In this document: one piece after another, positions 62,141-64,000 of the stretch | Layout: the number at the start of each line of letters is the position of its first letter | Numbering within the stretch: the stretch's first letter is position 1 | Source of the DNA: a virus | Taxonomy: Duplodnaviria > Caudoviricetes | IMG/VR virus record: IMGVR_UViG_3300010429_001449 | Length of the DNA: 64,000 bases | Reading direction: 5' to 3' (one strand) | Made by a program: the position numbers and the translations under genes | The notes under the pieces: model-generated | The model's input: only the letters and a program-made list of their open reading frames with translations | Database searches by the model: none | Told to the model about the DNA's origin: nothing

Positions 62141-63832
62141 TTAGCGGACTATTTCGGGGTCATCGGGGCTGTTGTCGTTGTCGTTGTCGTTTTGGTTTGG
62201 GTTGAGGGGGCGTTTTTTGTTTTTGAGAGGGGGGCGCGGCTCGTGATCCTCTGTTGGTGGGGGTGGCGGCGCGGGGGCGTCGTCGTTCTCGATTTCTCCG
62301 TCGTCCTCTACGTCGGTGGTATCTGGTTCCGGAGTAGAGGGGGCGTTTTCTTGAGACCCGCTAGAGGGGGCGTCCGCGCCCGGGTCGCCGTCTGGCTTGG
62401 GAGTTTCGTCGCTCCCGGAAACGTCCTTTTGGGCGTCTGAAGGAGTTGCGCCGCCGGAGACAACGTACAGATTCAGGTTGCCTTGATCCGATGACTTGGC
62501 GGCATCGGGCGATCTGGGGGGTACTAGGCCGGAAACGGTTGGCGAGGAGGGCGCGTGTGACGTGATCTTGGTGCCGGGCTGGGGGGCGTTGTTGACGAGG
62601 TGGCCGTCTTTCATGTAGCCGATTTCGTCGAAGTTCACCGTCACAAGATTCCAGTGGATCATAATGTCCTTGTAGTCGGCGGCGTCGCGGCCTTCCATCA
62701 TACTTATCAGGCAGCGGTTCTGCCCGCGAAGGTCGGGCGGACGAAGAATGCCCAGAACCATGTCCGCGTTCTGCGGAATTTCGTAGGCCAGGCCGATGTT
62801 GGCGGTGTCGCCCGCCGTAGCATCCTTCTTCTGCTTTCGGTTGAATTGCGTAGAGCAAACGATGGGGATGTTCCTGCGGATGGCGAGCTTTTGGAGTTCG
62901 TCGATGACCGCCGCCATACTTTCCCACCGGGATTGCTTGGAAGACCCTTCGTTTGGCTTCATTCTGTAGATGGCGTCGATGATGACGATATCCGGCTTGA
63001 CCTCGCTCATCATCAGTTCCACGTCACAGGGGCGCGAGACGCAGCCTGTCCCCGCGAGGTGCGGGCTTTTGTCGTCACACTTCAAGGATTTGATCTGAGA
63101 CGTGTAACTATCCACGTCGTCCTGAGTCAGCCGCCCCTTCAAGATTCCTTCGTACGGAACACGGAAATGAATGGCGTCGAAGCGGGCCGCGATGCGCTCT
63201 ATGCGCATCTCCATACTGACGAACAGGACTTTGAGATTCATGCGATAGAAGTGTGACATCAAATAGGTCATTATGAACGTCTTGCCCATTTTGAGTGCGC
63301 CAGCGAAAACCCACAGTTCTCCCGGACGAACGCCGTTGCAACAGGCGTTCAACGTCGCCCACGGCATGAGGTATCCAGGAACCTCTCCATTTCTACGCAT
63401 CTCCATAACGGCTTCGTAACGAGCGTCCGCCGTGGCGATAAGATCGATGAAGTCGCGTTCGATGATGCGAGTCGTCTCTGCCTTGGTCAGCGCGGCTTTT
63501 ATCTTGTCGATGCAGTCGTCGAGTTTGCCTTGCCCCAAGTCTTCGGAAGCGACGGAGAGTTCTTCGGAAAGGGTGTTCGTTATGAACCGCTCCTTGATGA
63601 GCTTCGCGTAGTAAGCGAAAGGTTCGGGGGCCGGGACGAGAAACTCTTCTCCGAACTTTTCTTGAATAGTTTGTTTCGCCGGAACAACGTCGTGTTCGCG
63701 GACGTGGGTCAGAATGAACGTTATGGCTTCTCGTTCCTTGCCGTAGAACATTTCGACGCGCAAGTTGTGCTTGTGGAACTCCGCCAAGCCGTGTTCCAAG
63801 GTTTTCGAGATGATGCTATGACCCATTCCCAT
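62141..63832 (-). CDS. dnaB: DnaB-like replicative helicase with long disordered acidic/Pro-rich tail
   Basis: GALKMGKT, VSMEM, IIDAI, TQFNR, QNADMV. Confidence 0.9.
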   Translation of the reverse strand: MGMGHSIISKTLEHGLAEFHKHNLRVEMFYGKEREAITFILTHVREHDVVPAKQTIQEKFGEEFLVPAPEPFAYYAKLIKERFITNTLSEELSVASEDLGQGKLDDCIDKIKAALTKAETTRIIERDFIDLIATADARYEAVMEMRRNGEVPGYLMPWATLNACCNGVRPGELWVFAGALKMGKTFIMTYLMSHFYRMNLKVLFVSMEMRIERIAARFDAIHFRVPYEGILKGRLTQDDVDSYTSQIKSLKCDDKSPHLAGTGCVSRPCDVELMMSEVKPDIVIIDAIYRMKPNEGSSKQSRWESMAAVIDELQKLAIRRNIPIVCSTQFNRKQKKDATAGDTANIGLAYEIPQNADMVLGILRPPDLRGQNRCLISMMEGRDAADYKDIMIHWNLVTVNFDEIGYMKDGHLVNNAPQPGTKITSHAPSSPTVSGLVPPRSPDAAKSSDQGNLNLYVVSGGATPSDAQKDVSGSDETPKPDGDPGADAPSSGSQENAPSTPEPDTTDVEDDGEIENDDAPAPPPPPTEDHEPRPPLKNKKRPLNPNQNDNDNDNSPDDPEIVR

Positions 63833-64000
63833 CGGAGTCTCCCTTCGTCCAATCTTGTCCCGACACCAGCAACAACGAACCGGCGTTCATCAGCATCGAC
63901 CACACAGAGGGGTAGAGTTCACTGAATTTTACGGGAGCCAGAGGGGTTGTTACGACTGTAGAGAGCATCTTGTTGTAGCGGCGGCGCACCATGTTCTCGA
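63816..64000 (-). CDS. DnaC/IstB-like helicase loader, C-terminal fragment (runs off window)
   Basis: Translated by hand: ENMVRRRYNKMLSTVVTT..YPSVWSML..LLVSGQDW; overlaps dnaB start. Confidence 0.65.
   Translation of the reverse strand, partial: ENMVRRRYNKMLSTVVTTPLAPVKFSELYPSVWSMLMNAGSLLLVSGQDWTKGDSDGNGS

Noticed and set aside
1-64000. Prophage or ICE in a bacterial chromosome
   Set aside because: No host housekeeping context, integrase, att site or conjugation genes; content fits an autonomous large phage, though structural genes are outside the window

Overview
A 64-kb segment of a large, GC-rich dsDNA phage genome. No virion, terminase or integrase genes fall in the window, so the phage call rests on gene content and layout. 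There are three zones. (1) 1-3.4 kb: extremely G-skewed, mostly non-coding sequence built from blocks of short polar motifs, surrounding a sigma-70-family gene. (2) 3.4-45 kb: an early/accessory region of roughly 80 mostly small genes. Most have their own near-identical promoter-leader cassette (TTGACA-N16-TATAAT/TATATT...CCTTTTGTGGAGA; about 49 copies in the window). This zone also holds two more sigma factors, a minimal ComM/YifB ATPase, an orphan DNA methyltransferase, an RlaP-like nucleotidyltransferase, an RNA ligase, a C45 hydrolase and a class III ribonucleotide reductase with a redoxin. (3) 45-64 kb: a minus-strand RNA cluster of 9 recognisable tRNAs, 1 atypical tRNA and 5 enlarged tRNA-like RNAs, followed by a replication/recombination module (Cas4-like nuclease, two resolvase-like nucleases, RecA with a Zn insertion, SF2 helicase, PolA, SSB, primase, DnaB, partial DnaC). 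The strongest candidates for something undescribed are: a family of 110-170-nt tRNA-mimic RNAs sharing an acceptor/T-arm junction; the 16-nt-spacer promoter cassette array with three phage sigma factors; two strand-polar motif systems (CAATGG and paired GATT-N3-AATC) concentrated toward the left end; a duplicated 60-bp inverted-repeat site; and a stand-alone structured sRNA. Class III RNR points to an anaerobic host; a Planctomycetota-like host is only a weak inference. All motif counts and family assignments were made by eye.
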